A stretch of 64,000 nt of DNA from Eukaryota sp. TZLM1-RC (lineage: Eukaryota > Protista > Metamonada: BaSk clade): positions 2,976,001 through 3,040,000 of the forward strand of contig JAUPSS010000002.1 in the NCBI GenBank assembly GCA_040285825.1. Direction: 5' to 3'. Shown here piece by piece: positions 24,454-36,073 of this stretch (its first letter is position 1; every line of letters starts with the position of its first letter). A program made the translations under genes and the position numbers. The notes beneath the pieces are model-generated. The model had not been told where the DNA came from. It saw only the letters and a list, made by a program, of their open reading frames with translations, and searched no databases.

Positions 24454-25795
24454 GCAATAACACTGATGTGTTGAAAGTTGTTCTATGATTCCACTATGAT
24501 TTTATTGATTTATTTATTTTGCCATAATGTACGACATTATCTCACATACCGTTTTGTGCTACGTCTAAATATTCTATTTTAATATAACAGGAAATAAACA
24601 TTTAGCGGAGTGGTATGTCTTAATAAATCAAGACCACTTTTTTAAAAAATGCCAAAGACAAAATTATACTCAAGATTTCTGAATCCGTTTTTGTCTGGAC
24701 ATTCCTTTTGTATCATTCTTTAAGTCCAATGAATCATTGTCTTTGCTTTTATGCTTCTTTAATGTTGATAGATAAATTAAATCATCATTTCTTGATAATT
24801 GAGTGATTGATCCAAAAGTAGACATTATTTTTCCCAAAAATTTTCCCAAAAGGGATATCAGTCTACAAACCCACAACAAAAAACAAAAACAAACAAAAAG
24901 AATTTGGTATTCAAAATCTGGGAGTACAATCTGCTTTTGTATATGGTTTGGTTGAGTAAATCAATAACTTCATTCATAATTGTAATGGAATGCCAGTATT
25001 GTCGATATGAGAATTTTGAAGCACTCCAGTAACGTTATCATGATCATGGAAGTGTTCATAAGGAGGCAAGTGGGGAAAAAGTAAGTGAAACCTTTGAAAA
25101 TGATATACTGTTGACAGTTGAGTAGTGTGGTTTTAGTGGTATATCTGCTTCAACACTAAATATGTAAAGTTCGGTAAATCTATAGAAAAATAGAAATTTA
25201 TTGGGAAATAAAACATATTGATTCCTGTGAATCGCCAGAAAAATGCACCCCAATGTGGGAAGACTTGACTTAGGTGAGTACCATGTTGGCTGATGTGTCA
25301 GAGGTTTTCGGATAGATTGGGTTTCAAACACTGTACACCATTTGAACTAAGTTTTGGGTGAACCCAACAATTCAGTAGTATCAAGATCATACATCGAGGG
25401 GGATTCAAAGTTGTTTTTGAATGAGTTGTGTCTATAAGCGTGATATGTTACTGTGATCATCACGTAAAGTGACCACACATGTGATTCATTTGTGGGATAA
25501 GTTCCTTGCGGTGTCACATCAACTATTACTCTTGGATTGGAAGCATGATGATATAAAACATTCTTATATGAAAGAGATCTTGTTTGTTAGAAGAGACCAT
25601 ACCACAAAGTGTTTGATGGCTGAATTAGTTCTCATTATAATCAAAGCAACAACAACGAGCTATTGATTCCACATAAATATGATCTATCTGAATCTGAGAA
25701 TAAGGAAACCGGAGAAACGTTTCTGATGAAATCTTATGAAAGATTATCAAATCTGATTATTCATCCTCGATTCTTCACTTCATCAAATTGATACC

Positions 25796-27103
25796 ATGCC
25801 CAAAAGTGGAGGAGGAAGCCGTTCAGTGACCAGATCTAGTTCTAGAGGCTCAAGTTCTCGTGGTTCTTCACGTGCTAGAGGTTCGAAAATATCCAACTTT
25901 TTCCGCTCCAGAGGTTCTAGAGGCTCCAATTCGTCCAGAGGTTCAAGTTCATCGAGAGGTTCAAGCACTACGCGAGGCTCAAATTCTACACGTGGTTCAG
26001 GTCGCACTAACCCAACAGGACGTAGCAGAATGTCAAACATTTTCCGAAGAGGATCTCGAAATTCCGGAAATTCCAACCCTACCGCCGTTTCTCGATCGAA
26101 CCGTGGTCGCTCATCTGGTTTTAAAAGATCACATCATGGTGGTTCATCTCGCACTTTACATGTTGGACCAGGGGGTAACAATAGTGCCAATGCGGGAGGA
26201 GTCTGCTGTGTGATTCTCATTCTTTTCATTGTGGCTATCTTCCGCTCTGGTTCATCCCGAAGTGTTCAACGTGTAGTGGTTCCCAGAGCTACTACTAGTC
26301 TTGGTAGGTTCGATTCTACTACTACTGCAAGATTCATCAATGCCGAAGATGTGGGATCTGTCTATAAGTGCAGTAGTACTCCGGCCTACAACAGTGGATT
26401 GACCTCTGTTTGGACCAACCCTGGCAGTCTCCAGGTGTATTCGAAGAACTACAAGTACTATGAATTTGATCTTAACCAAGGTTCTATCGCTCAAGCCTAC
26501 GTAAAAGTTGCACATGATATGGAGTTCATCTACCTACGTTCGCTGTCCAGTTACCACAACTGGCGAAACGAAGAATACTACACATCTGAACGTAAATGCA
26601 TGGGTTCAGAATGTGGGACTCCCAGTTCCCGCGTTTATTGGCCAGCTAGTTATGCTGTTTCTCAATCTGATAGATACTTTTTTATCTTTGAAAACTGGAG
26701 TAATTTCGATTACCTGGACGACTATTTTAATATTAGGTTTCAGCTGGCTACTCATGATGTCTTGTCTTCCGGATGTTCCGAAGTATGCTCTACAGTTAAG
26801 GACTGCGTCGTTGAAGGAGGTGGTTCTGAAGTGCTTGTCGTTCAAGGAGATCAATCTGGATTAACTACTTTGTCCTTTAGGGCTGAGTTTGAAGGTGGTG
26901 GTAGTGGTGCTATGCTTGTAATGATCATCTTGTTGATTATTGTTTTGGCTATTGGCGTAGCCTTTGTTTATCACAAGTATGGTAAAAAGAATACAACCAC
27001 TGTGGAGGAAGTGAAACCACCAGAACATACATCGTCAGGTCCGCATCCTATTCAACCTCCCCCTGCATTTGTGGCTCCTGGTGGAGACAGTACCACTTAC
27101 TGA
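25796..27103 (+). CDS. Two-TM membrane protein with RGSSSS-repeat N-terminus, Cys-containing lumenal/extracellular domain and Pro-rich tail
   Basis: TM1 VCCVILILFIVAIF, TM2 MLVMIILLIIVLAIGVAFVY; YEFDLNQGS segment weakly recalls the APD/DUF4793-type domain; no RING. Confidence 0.75.
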   Translation: MPKSGGGSRSVTRSSSRGSSSRGSSRARGSKISNFFRSRGSRGSNSSRGSSSSRGSSTTRGSNSTRGSGRTNPTGRSRMSNIFRRGSRNSGNSNPTAVSRSNRGRSSGFKRSHHGGSSRTLHVGPGGNNSANAGGVCCVILILFIVAIFRSGSSRSVQRVVVPRATTSLGRFDSTTTARFINAEDVGSVYKCSSTPAYNSGLTSVWTNPGSLQVYSKNYKYYEFDLNQGSIAQAYVKVAHDMEFIYLRSLSSYHNWRNEEYYTSERKCMGSECGTPSSRVYWPASYAVSQSDRYFFIFENWSNFDYLDDYFNIRFQLATHDVLSSGCSEVCSTVKDCVVEGGGSEVLVVQGDQSGLTTLSFRAEFEGGGSGAMLVMIILLIIVLAIGVAFVYHKYGKKNTTTVEEVKPPEHTSSGPHPIQPPPAFVAPGGDSTTY

Positions 27104-27482
27104 ACAGTGAATTTGTTTTTTATTTTTTTGGCTTTTGTATTGTAAATTTTGTTTTTTAGTTCTTATGGATGATGGTGCTTAGCCCTTTTAGAATCATTAC
27201 AGCTTATGTAAGCACTTCCAACTCATTAACGAGGTCCGATAGCCCACTGTTTAGGACTATTCAGAACACTATTGTTTGAATGGACAGCAATTTTGTGATC
27301 ACAACTGCTTTCATAACAATTAACTTGGATCTACTTTCATTGATGTTGGAGTCACGTTCACAAATTATTGTTTACAAAACTTGACAAAACTTTGGCTAGA
27401 AAACATGCAGATAAGGATTTTGTAGGGAAAATATTTATTGAACATCTTCTATGCACACTTAATACAATTAATTCATAACTAA

Positions 27483-27633
27483 CTTTTATGATTTACGTAA
27501 TCACCCTAATTTGAAGCTTAGGTTTGAGAGAAAGTTGATTAGAGGCTGGACCCTGATTTCTCAAATTCCTGACGAACAATTAGATTTGATCCAAAAATAT
27601 AAGCATCTTTACAAGCCAATTGTACAGTTGTAG
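27483..27633 (+). pseudogene. Diverged copy of the last ~49 codons of the 2486-aa gene
   Basis: FYDLRNHPNLK...KYKHLYKPIVQL* followed by the same 3' flank as at 46015. Confidence 0.9.
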
Positions 27634-27679
27634 TTTTTTTATTGTATAATTTATTGTATATATTTTTTAAATTATTTAA

Positions 27680-28535
27680 TATTTATTGAATTTTCACAAT
27701 TAATTAAATTAACTCATAATTAATGGGACAACTATCATTGAACCAAGATTTCCTCTACAAGAGCTTGATCTTGTTGCTGTCTAGCTACCGCTTCTCTGAT
27801 TTGATTGAAAAACCAAAATAATCTATTAATAATGGCAAATTGAATCCGGGAGCGCCATAAAAAATATCAAATCTTTTCATTGTTTTTTCTTGAACCATTT
27901 TTTGGAAGTCATTCAAAAAAGTTTTGCTTCTACTGATATCTTCCGTTTATTGAAAATGGGAAAGCAATAAACACCAGCTGTGTATTTCTATCGACATTAG
28001 CCTCTTCAATATTTTTATAATATTTTCTATGTTTTTCTTTTGCTTTAAAATCAAGAGCACTCACAGGATTAAGTTTTCTTCTGTGAAAATAAAGTATCAT
28101 TTGCAACATTACATGAGACAAAGTCAACAATAGCTTCAGAATTATGAATCCAATCACAGTATACATCACCTCTATCATCAGAACCAAAATTATTCAGAGA
28201 AAATGTTTCCTTCAGCAGAGGTTCTGATGCCGTTAGGCAGATGAACACACGAAGGAGAGAGAGTGAAAATCTCAGTTTATTAATAAAACTGATTCATAAA
28301 CGAGTATCACGTCATCAGTCGAAATACAAAGAAACCTATTAAATCAATTTAAGTTCAACAACAACAGTTCTTTGATACACGATATTCTTGCAGTTCGAGC
28401 CATATTAAAAACAGTTTCTCTAACAACATCATGTGATGAAGAACAAAAAGTTATCAATTTCGAACAATTCAGAGCATGTCGCAAAGTGAGCTGTGGTCAA
28501 TTCGAACAAATACATTTTTCTTTTGATAATGATTG
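27680..28535 (-). mobile_element. 5'-truncated CRE-like subfamily B copy
   Basis: Collinear with 47125-47840; DDRGDVYCD and FIAFPFSINGR endonuclease motifs. Confidence 0.85.
28225..28366 (-). mobile_element. Probable solo LTR (142 bp)
   Basis: TG...CA termini (TGTTG...CATCA on minus), AATAAA inside, 4-bp TSD gttc at 28221-24 and 28367-70; it interrupts otherwise continuous CRE-B sequence. Confidence 0.75.
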
Positions 28536-28599
28536 ATTAATGGGAAAAATTTGGTTCACCCAATTTCGTCTCAATTTATGTTGGATTGATTCTTTTGTA

Positions 28600-29680
28600 T
28601 ATCACTGTTTTTGCATTAAATGAAGAAATTTCAAGAATTGATGTAGAAAAATGGGGTCGATGTTTTCCCCAATCATTCAATGACAATATTCCAGAAAAAA
28701 ATGTTTTAAATTTGAAGTACACTCTTCGAACATTACAGAAAAGATTGACTGGAATGTATGAAAAAGATCTTTATAATAATATTTGCAGCTCGGCTGTTTT
28801 AAATCAAGATCTTCACTCATTGTTATTGGAAAAGGGTGTTTGTGAAAACAAGGTGTCAGATTCTTCACTTTTTGTAACCATTGTACCACGAAGATTTGGA
28901 TTGTGTGCTACTAATGAAGCATTTGTAACAAAAATGAGATTATATTTGAACATCCCCATTAACCAATTATTATCAAAAGAAAAATGTATTTGTTCGAATT
29001 CACCTCAACTCACTTTGCGCCATGCTCTAAATTGCTCTAAATTGATAACTTATCGTTCTTCATTACATGATGCTGTTAGAGACACTGTTTTCAATATGGC
29101 ACAAACTGCAAGGATATCGTGTATCAAAGAGCCCCTGCTGAAAGAAACACTTTCTCTGAATAATTTTGGTTCTGATGATAGAGGTGATGTATACTGTGAT
29201 TGGATTGATAATTCTGAAGCTATTGTTGACTTTGTCTCATGTAATGTTGCAAACGATACTTTGGTTCACAGAAGAAAAACTTAATCCTGTAGCTGCTCTG
29301 GATTTTTAAAGCAAAAAGAAAAACATAGAAAATATGATAAAGAAATTGAAGATGCAAATATCGATAGAAATACACAGCTGGTTTTTATTGCTTTCCCATT
29401 TTCGATAAATGGAAGATTATCAGTTGAAGCAGAAACTTTTTTGGATGACTTCCAAAAAATGGTGAAAGAAAAAACAATGAAAAGATTTGATATTTTTTTA
29501 TGGCGTTCACGGATTCAATTTGCCATTATTAATAGATTACCGCGGTTTTTCAATCGAATTAGAGAAGCTTTAGCTAGACAGCAAGCAAATCAAGATTTTG
29601 TAGAGGAAATCTTGGTTTAATGATAGTCGTCCCATTAGTTATGATTTAATTTAATCAAGTGTGCAAATTCAATAAATTAA
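28600..29680 (+). mobile_element. 5'-truncated CRE-like subfamily B copy
   Basis: CICSN...HALNC...HDAVRD...EP...RGDVYCD...VDF; ends at caataaa. Confidence 0.85.
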
Positions 29681-29694
29681 GAAATTTTGTATAT

Positions 29695-31015
29695 CAATAA
29701 CATATCAAATTTACCATTATAAGACCATGTTTTAGTTCCAACTTTAGTCATCTATATCGATCTACGAATCCTCTTATCACCAGGGCCTTGCTCCAAAAGT
29801 TTAACGAAAAGTCTTGTCACAATTACTGGGATGTAAAATGTTTCCAAATTCCAAATCAGGCTTATGTTAGTCCACATTATGGCGGTTTAGGTTGGACAAA
29901 GGCTTCTATTCTTACTTCATGTGCTTCTATTGGTGCATCTAGAAATGCAATTTTTGAGTTTTCTGAAAGAATTGCTGATTGGGAAGATTTATTAATGACA
30001 ACGCAAAGTTCTACTGTCTTTGCATTAAATGAAGAAATTTCAAAAAATGAGGTAGAAAAATCGATTCGATGCTTTCCCCAATCATTCAATGGAAATATTC
30101 CTGAAAGGAATTTTTGAAATTTAAAATATACTCTTCGAGCATTACAGAAACGATTGACTGGAATGTATGTAAATCAACTTTATAAAAATATATGCAGTTC
30201 GGCTGTTTTCAATCAAGGTCTTCACTCATTGTTATTGGAAAAGGGTGTTTGTGAAAATCAGTCATCAGATTCTTCACTGTTTGTGACCATTGTACCACGA
30301 AGATTTGGACTGTGTGCCACTGTTGAAGCCTTTATAACAAAAATGAGATTATATTTGAATATTCATATTAATCAATTATTATCAAAAGAAAAATGTATTT
30401 GTTCGAATTGACCACAGCTCACTTTGCGCCATACTCTGAATTGCTCTAAATTGATAACTTATCGTTCTTTATTACATGATGCTGTTAGAGACACTGTTTT
30501 TAATATGGCACGAACTGCAAAGATCTCGTGTATTAAAGAGCCTCTGTTGAAAGAATCATTAAATAGTTTTGGTTCAGATGACAGAGGTGATGTATACTGT
30601 GATTGGATTGAGAACTCTGAAGCTGTTGTTGACTTTGTCTCCTGTAATGGTGCAAATGATATTTTCGTTCAAAAAAAACTTAATCGTGTAAGTGCTCTTG
30701 AATTGAATGCCAAAGACAAACATAGAAAATAGGACAAAGATATCAAAGAAACTAATGCTGATAGAAATAGATTACTTGTTTGTATTGCTTTCCCATTTTC
30801 GATAAACGGAAAACCATCAGTAGAAGCAGGAACTTTTTGAATGATTTCCAAAAAAATGCTTCAATAAACATCAATGAAAAGATTTAATATTTTTTATGGC
30901 GTTCTGGGATTCAATTTGCCATTATAGATTATAGATTACCTCGATTTTTCAATCGAATTAGAGAAGCTAGACAGCAAACAGATCCAGATTTTGTAGAGGA
31001 AATCTTGGTTGAAAT
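29695..31015 (+). mobile_element. 5'-truncated CRE-like subfamily B copy (tandem with the previous one)
   Basis: SPHYGGLGW thumb region, then the same CCHC/endonuclease motifs with stops. Confidence 0.85.
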
Positions 31016-31492
31016 TCTTGTTTCTTAAAAAAACCATTAAGAAACAAGCTTTAAGGAATTTTTGGTTGAATGCTTGAAATTCGAAAAAAAGGTGAATAGT
31101 TGTTGGAGATAAACACATTGTTATGGTTTTTCTAAAAAGGCTTTTAAAACGTTGCGAGGCTAAGACGAAAATAATCGTTCTATTTTTCTACATAATTCTA
31201 CCTTCATATTTGTCTAAGCGATATTGATTGACCTATAAATGGTCGATTATAATCACAGAAGAACAGTACATAGTTCTTGTTCACTTTACTGATGAAACAA
31301 GTGAGGTAAAGAACGAAAAGAAAGTGAGATAAGCTGTTTTTTCATTTGAATGGGGACATACAAATTTACAAATTGGATAAACTCAACAATGCATCATACA
31401 TCAATCAATTAGGAAAGGTGTTACTGAGATATTGAGGTATAAGTCAAGACCAAATACAATATTGGTTGGGAAGAATCTATCACGAATGGGAT

Positions 31493-32749
31493 TTAATAAA
31501 ACAAAATCATTAATAAACTAAACAACAATATAATACTGACCAATACCAAGGAAACCATAATCAGCTTAGATCTTCGTTTTATAAAACAAATCTCAGCATC
31601 TCCCCTTTCAACACTGGAACGTAAATCCCTATTAGCTTTTCGTAGAGGAACAACACTGTCTTTTAGAGTTTCGTTCTGTTGTTGAAGATTTTGCAAAACA
31701 ATCTCCAATTGAGAAAGTTCCTCTCTGAGACCAGATACTTCATCCTTGTAGCCATCAACAGTTTCTTTCAATTTGATATTTTTAAGCTGTAATTTTTCAC
31801 AACGAATTTGTGATTTTTGTATTTCAATCTTCAATGTTTCAATCTGATCATTCAATGTATCAATTTCAGCCTCATTTTCAATTCTCTCTTGAATATTGTT
31901 TCCTCTGGTGTCATCATTTCCGCATATTGGGAGGTTTGCTATGGGAAAAGAATTTGTTAGATGATCTAAAACTTTGATTATATCAAAAATACTGGGTCTG
32001 TGGTGAGGATTTGAGTCAAAGCACTTGGTAATTAAAACTTTCAAGTCAACAGGTATGGTTTGAGGAAACGAAGGCTGATAGTTGTTGATCTTTGCACGAG
32101 TAATCTCAGACATAGAGCTACACCCTTCAAATGCCAGACGTTCAGTCAACAGCTCGTAGAGAATAACTCCCAAGGAATAGATATCAGAGGACTCACAGAG
32201 ATGGTTATCAAAGGCTTCCAGCGGAGTGTATTTTAACGAAATGAGAGGAGAAGAAATCTTCCGTGAAACATCTGAATCCGAGTTTGACTTCTGAGTTTGA
32301 ATGGAGTTGTAGAATCCAGAGACTCTGACACGTTCATCCACAAGCCAAATCTTATCAGGTGTAAGATCTCCATGAATCAGATTGGATGAATGAAGACACG
32401 CTACCGCTTCACATAACTCCTTAGCTAACCTAACGGTAGAATGGCAGAAAGTAGAAGGAACTTTTAGGGATGTGGAGACTGGTTCCACCACAATGGCGTT
32501 TTGATTTCGGTAATGTGTTGTTCCGTGTACATGAAGAATACCTGGGTGATCTAGTTGGGAAAGGGTATTGAGTTCCTTTCGGATAAGTGAAGTATCTATC
32601 ATATCCGATGACCATACTCTAACTACCACGTCAAGACTGTTCCATCTGGCAGCAAATGTGTCAGCAAAATCATCCTTGTTAATCTTAAACTCTCTAACAA
32701 TTTGCAAGTGGGAAGGTTCTATATATGGTAGCGAAAGCTCACGATCCAT
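31493..32749 (-). CDS. TKL-like pseudokinase + coiled coil + C-terminal TM anchor (418 aa from ATG 32749)
   Basis: Kinase fold motifs LDHPGIL, HGDLTP, YTPLE, SDIYSLG, RPS; VAxK is VVVR, catalytic-loop N is K, DFG is GFY; hydrophobic C-terminus. Confidence 0.85.
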   Translation of the reverse strand: MDRELSLPYIEPSHLQIVREFKINKDDFADTFAARWNSLDVVVRVWSSDMIDTSLIRKELNTLSQLDHPGILHVHGTTHYRNQNAIVVEPVSTSLKVPSTFCHSTVRLAKELCEAVACLHSSNLIHGDLTPDKIWLVDERVRVSGFYNSIQTQKSNSDSDVSRKISSPLISLKYTPLEAFDNHLCESSDIYSLGVILYELLTERLAFEGCSSMSEITRAKINNYQPSFPQTIPVDLKVLITKCFDSNPHHRPSIFDIIKVLDHLTNSFPIANLPICGNDDTRGNNIQERIENEAEIDTLNDQIETLKIEIQKSQIRCEKLQLKNIKLKETVDGYKDEVSGLREELSQLEIVLQNLQQQNETLKDSVVPLRKANRDLRSSVERGDAEICFIKRRSKLIMVSLVLVSIILLFSLLMILFY

Positions 32750-34045
32750 GATGGGGAGAAAAGATGTCAATCGATTGAGAGGATCACCTTGTCAATCATT
32801 GATTGGTGATAATTCCCTAAATTCCACAAATTCAAGTTGGAACTCTAAATTAAGTTAAATTTAAATATTTTCACAACAATAAAGCAACTTTAAGTTGTTT
32901 GCAATTCACGTGCTATCATGTTTCGGCCAGGTGAAGTTGTTTGCAAGCAAATTCAACCCTTGCAGTCTGTTGCTTGATTGATTGAATTTACCTCAATGTG
33001 ACTTTGATTTTTGTCATCTCGTAATTTCTGTTCTGTGTGTTCCTGGAAAACATGCAGTCGTATAAGTATAGATTAGTATGAAAGAACATACATTTCTGAT
33101 GGCATTCGATCTCGATTTTTGAATATACATTGATATATTTCTGATATATTCTTTGAAGTGTTTGAATCCTCAAGTCTCAATAACAATCAAAACCAAACGG
33201 TAAAGTTTGTTTCATGTTCTATGTCATATCATCAAATTTGTGACCCTGAAAAGTGGATTTTGATGGATCGTGTCAAAGAGATCTCCTCCATTGTCAGCAT
33301 GTTGCTTACTGATTTCAGAAAAAGCATTTTTGAACATGTAGAAGTGACTGTCTAACAGGGGTGAAACAAGAGTGTAGATCAAATTTAAAAAAACAACAAA
33401 AACAACAGTGTAACTAAATTGGTCTTGGTTTTGGCCAAGAAATTTCTCAATAAGCAGTGACAAAAATCAAGAATATCAACATTGGAGAATACACGAACCT
33501 TTTTTGTGAGAACAGATAAATATACTATTAGTGAAAAGTCAAATTTACTATTCCAATTTTGCTAACTTTTGAAAAGAAATGAAATTAATTGTCCTTGCTT
33601 CTTTCAACTTTGTGGTTGAAAAACTTTGAGATTTAATAAGACTATGATACGTGATGATTTTTTATTTCCCTGCATGTTTCATGATGTTTGGTCAAAAGGG
33701 GAGATGTGGTGTTGTTCAGAGTAGGTAATTAGTGACCAAAACAGTAACGGACTGTGAAAAGATTGACGTTGATGTTGCGTTGAGCTACCCTTTGCGATAT
33801 GGGTGCTTTTTTTGATAAGTTTGTTTCAGTTCAACAAAATATCTTCAATGGGAAAAAATACAAAAGTACAAAATACCCTGTATTAGTATATACAGATATG
33901 TACAAAATAGGACAATTTTAGAAAGTGTTTTTCGAAAATTGTTACCTCAATAGAAAGTGTTGCGTGAAACTAAGTGATCCGAAGAACAGCAACCCTGAAT
34001 CTGAAGAATAAATTATCATAGGAAGAATTGGTACCTCAGGTCTTT

Positions 34046-34194
34046 TTAATAAAACAAAATCATTAATAAACTAAATAACAATATAATACTCACCAATACC
34101 AAGGAAACCATAATCAGCTTAGTTATTCGTTTTATAAAGCAAGTCTCAGGATCTCCTCTTTCAACCCTGGAACGTAAACATCTATGAGCTTTTT
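34046..34194 (-). pseudogene. Isolated copy of the TM-tail end of the pseudokinase gene
   Basis: Aligns with 31493-31640. Confidence 0.8.
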
Positions 34195-34793
34195 TAGTCC
34201 AGGTATAACAAATTTTCAGCATTTACATATTAACAACCAACTCGATATCCATAAAAACTAAATGCTAAATATCATCAACAAGTCCTCAAAATAGTTTGTG
34301 GCATTCATAAGCATTCTATATGCCGTCTGATTGATTACATCTGGTTTTTGAAGGGAATTTTCAAAAATTTGGCTTTCAAAAAAGGTTTCTGGCACATGTT
34401 GGTTGGTGAAAATAGTAGAATTAGATCGAGACTGAATATTAGAATTTCGAATGCTAGGAGGCCTTTAATCGCTTGCAATTAGTAAATTTGATTAACTACA
34501 TGGACAATGTCAATACAATGATGGAATTCTCAAGGATGGCTATGAATAGACTTCCGGATTATTTCACAGCACCAACAAATATACACCGTATTAGAAACAT
34601 GTGACAGTAGAAGTACTGTTGGGCAAATTTTGGAAGACGGCAGAATTCCTATGTTCTTTGAATTAGTAAATCAAATACTACTACAGTTTAAATAATTCCT
34701 AAAAGACAAAATCATATTTGTAGAAACATTTTTTATTGCAAAGTCACATAAAGAAAGATTAATTCAACCAAAACACCAGCTAAAAAACAAACT

Positions 34794-36073
34794 CTACAAC
34801 CCACTTTCGAAATACAATCGCACCCTTTTGTCTTCACTCGCACTCGCTATCGCACCCTCCTGGGAAACCTTTACATCTCGTACTGGACCCTGGTGACCCG
34901 TGACAATTTCGCTTGAAGTTCCAGTCACTGTATTCACGAGAGTTAGGTTATTAGAATTACCATTAGAGACGACCAAATTTTCAGCTTTTGGCAACCAGCT
35001 CACTGAAGGTCGATGTAACGTGGCACCAATGTCGATAGTTTTTAACCTTTTACCATCAGCAACCATTCGACTATCAATCAGTAAGAGTGATCCAAGCATT
35101 GTCGTGATTGCCAGGTAATTACCACCCTGACTAGAAGTCACATCAGCAACTTTACTATCAAATTTGATAGATGAGGTTTGCGAAAGTGACCGTATATCAA
35201 ATGATTTACAATAATGATCGGCAGTTCCGACTGTGATTGCTGACGTGATAGGGTTAACATCGACACTGAGAATTGCGCCATAATCATCATTGTTGTTTGA
35301 CTCACGTTGACCAAAAATTTTAAAATTTGCGTCTGTTGACACATTCAAAAATTTCAAAACAGGACTCTCAGTTCCAGCTATGATCCAGTCTCCCGAAGGC
35401 AACCAACTTATTGACCTAACATTATGACCTAACGATGACGTGGCAAATGAGTTTTTCCCACCCAAATTGCGCGCCACATCAAATAATGAAACAATACCGT
35501 CACGGCCCCCTGATGCCAAAAAAGGGGCAAAAGGATGAAATGACAATGTGTTGATAAAATCTAGGGTTAGAGTTAGGGTTACGTACCAGAGTGACCAAAA
35601 AAGGTTTTGACAACAGGATTAGAACTGGAAACTGTATGTGAGGAACTTTCTCTTGACCGAGACCTAGCCTTACTCAAGTCAATAAGCTTGACGGAAGTAT
35701 CAGCGGAGCCAGAAGAACACCACTTTCCATCTGGTGAGAATGCCACGCAACGACAGCAAGATTTGTGAGGGGAGTGGTAGCGATCATCATAGAGAGGAAA
35801 GGAGGGTGGTTGTTCCATTATAATGGTGGTGTCGTCGGGTATGTCTACATCAGGAGGAAGTGAAGAGATATGGGGATCGAATTGACCTTGGGAATACTCA
35901 GAAGAAAGGCCTTTCTGAACTATAGTTTCGAGACGATTTGAAGGAATAGAAGGGTCATGTGGAAGTTCAAGTGAGTTTGCTAAAGATTCAGCAGCAGCTG
36001 TATGGCCATCATTTATAAGCTGAGAGAGAGCTAGTTGGTAGATATATTGTTTGGAAAGAAGTGAGCTGCTCAT
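34794..36073 (-). CDS. CSTF1: Cleavage stimulation factor 50-kDa subunit (dimerisation domain + WD40); 26-nt intron 35561-35586
   Basis: IYQLALSQLINDG...PSNRL N-terminal domain; HKSCCRCVAFSPDG...GSADTSVKLID; PVVKTFFGHS|DFINTLSFHP joins the two listed ORFs. Confidence 0.85.
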
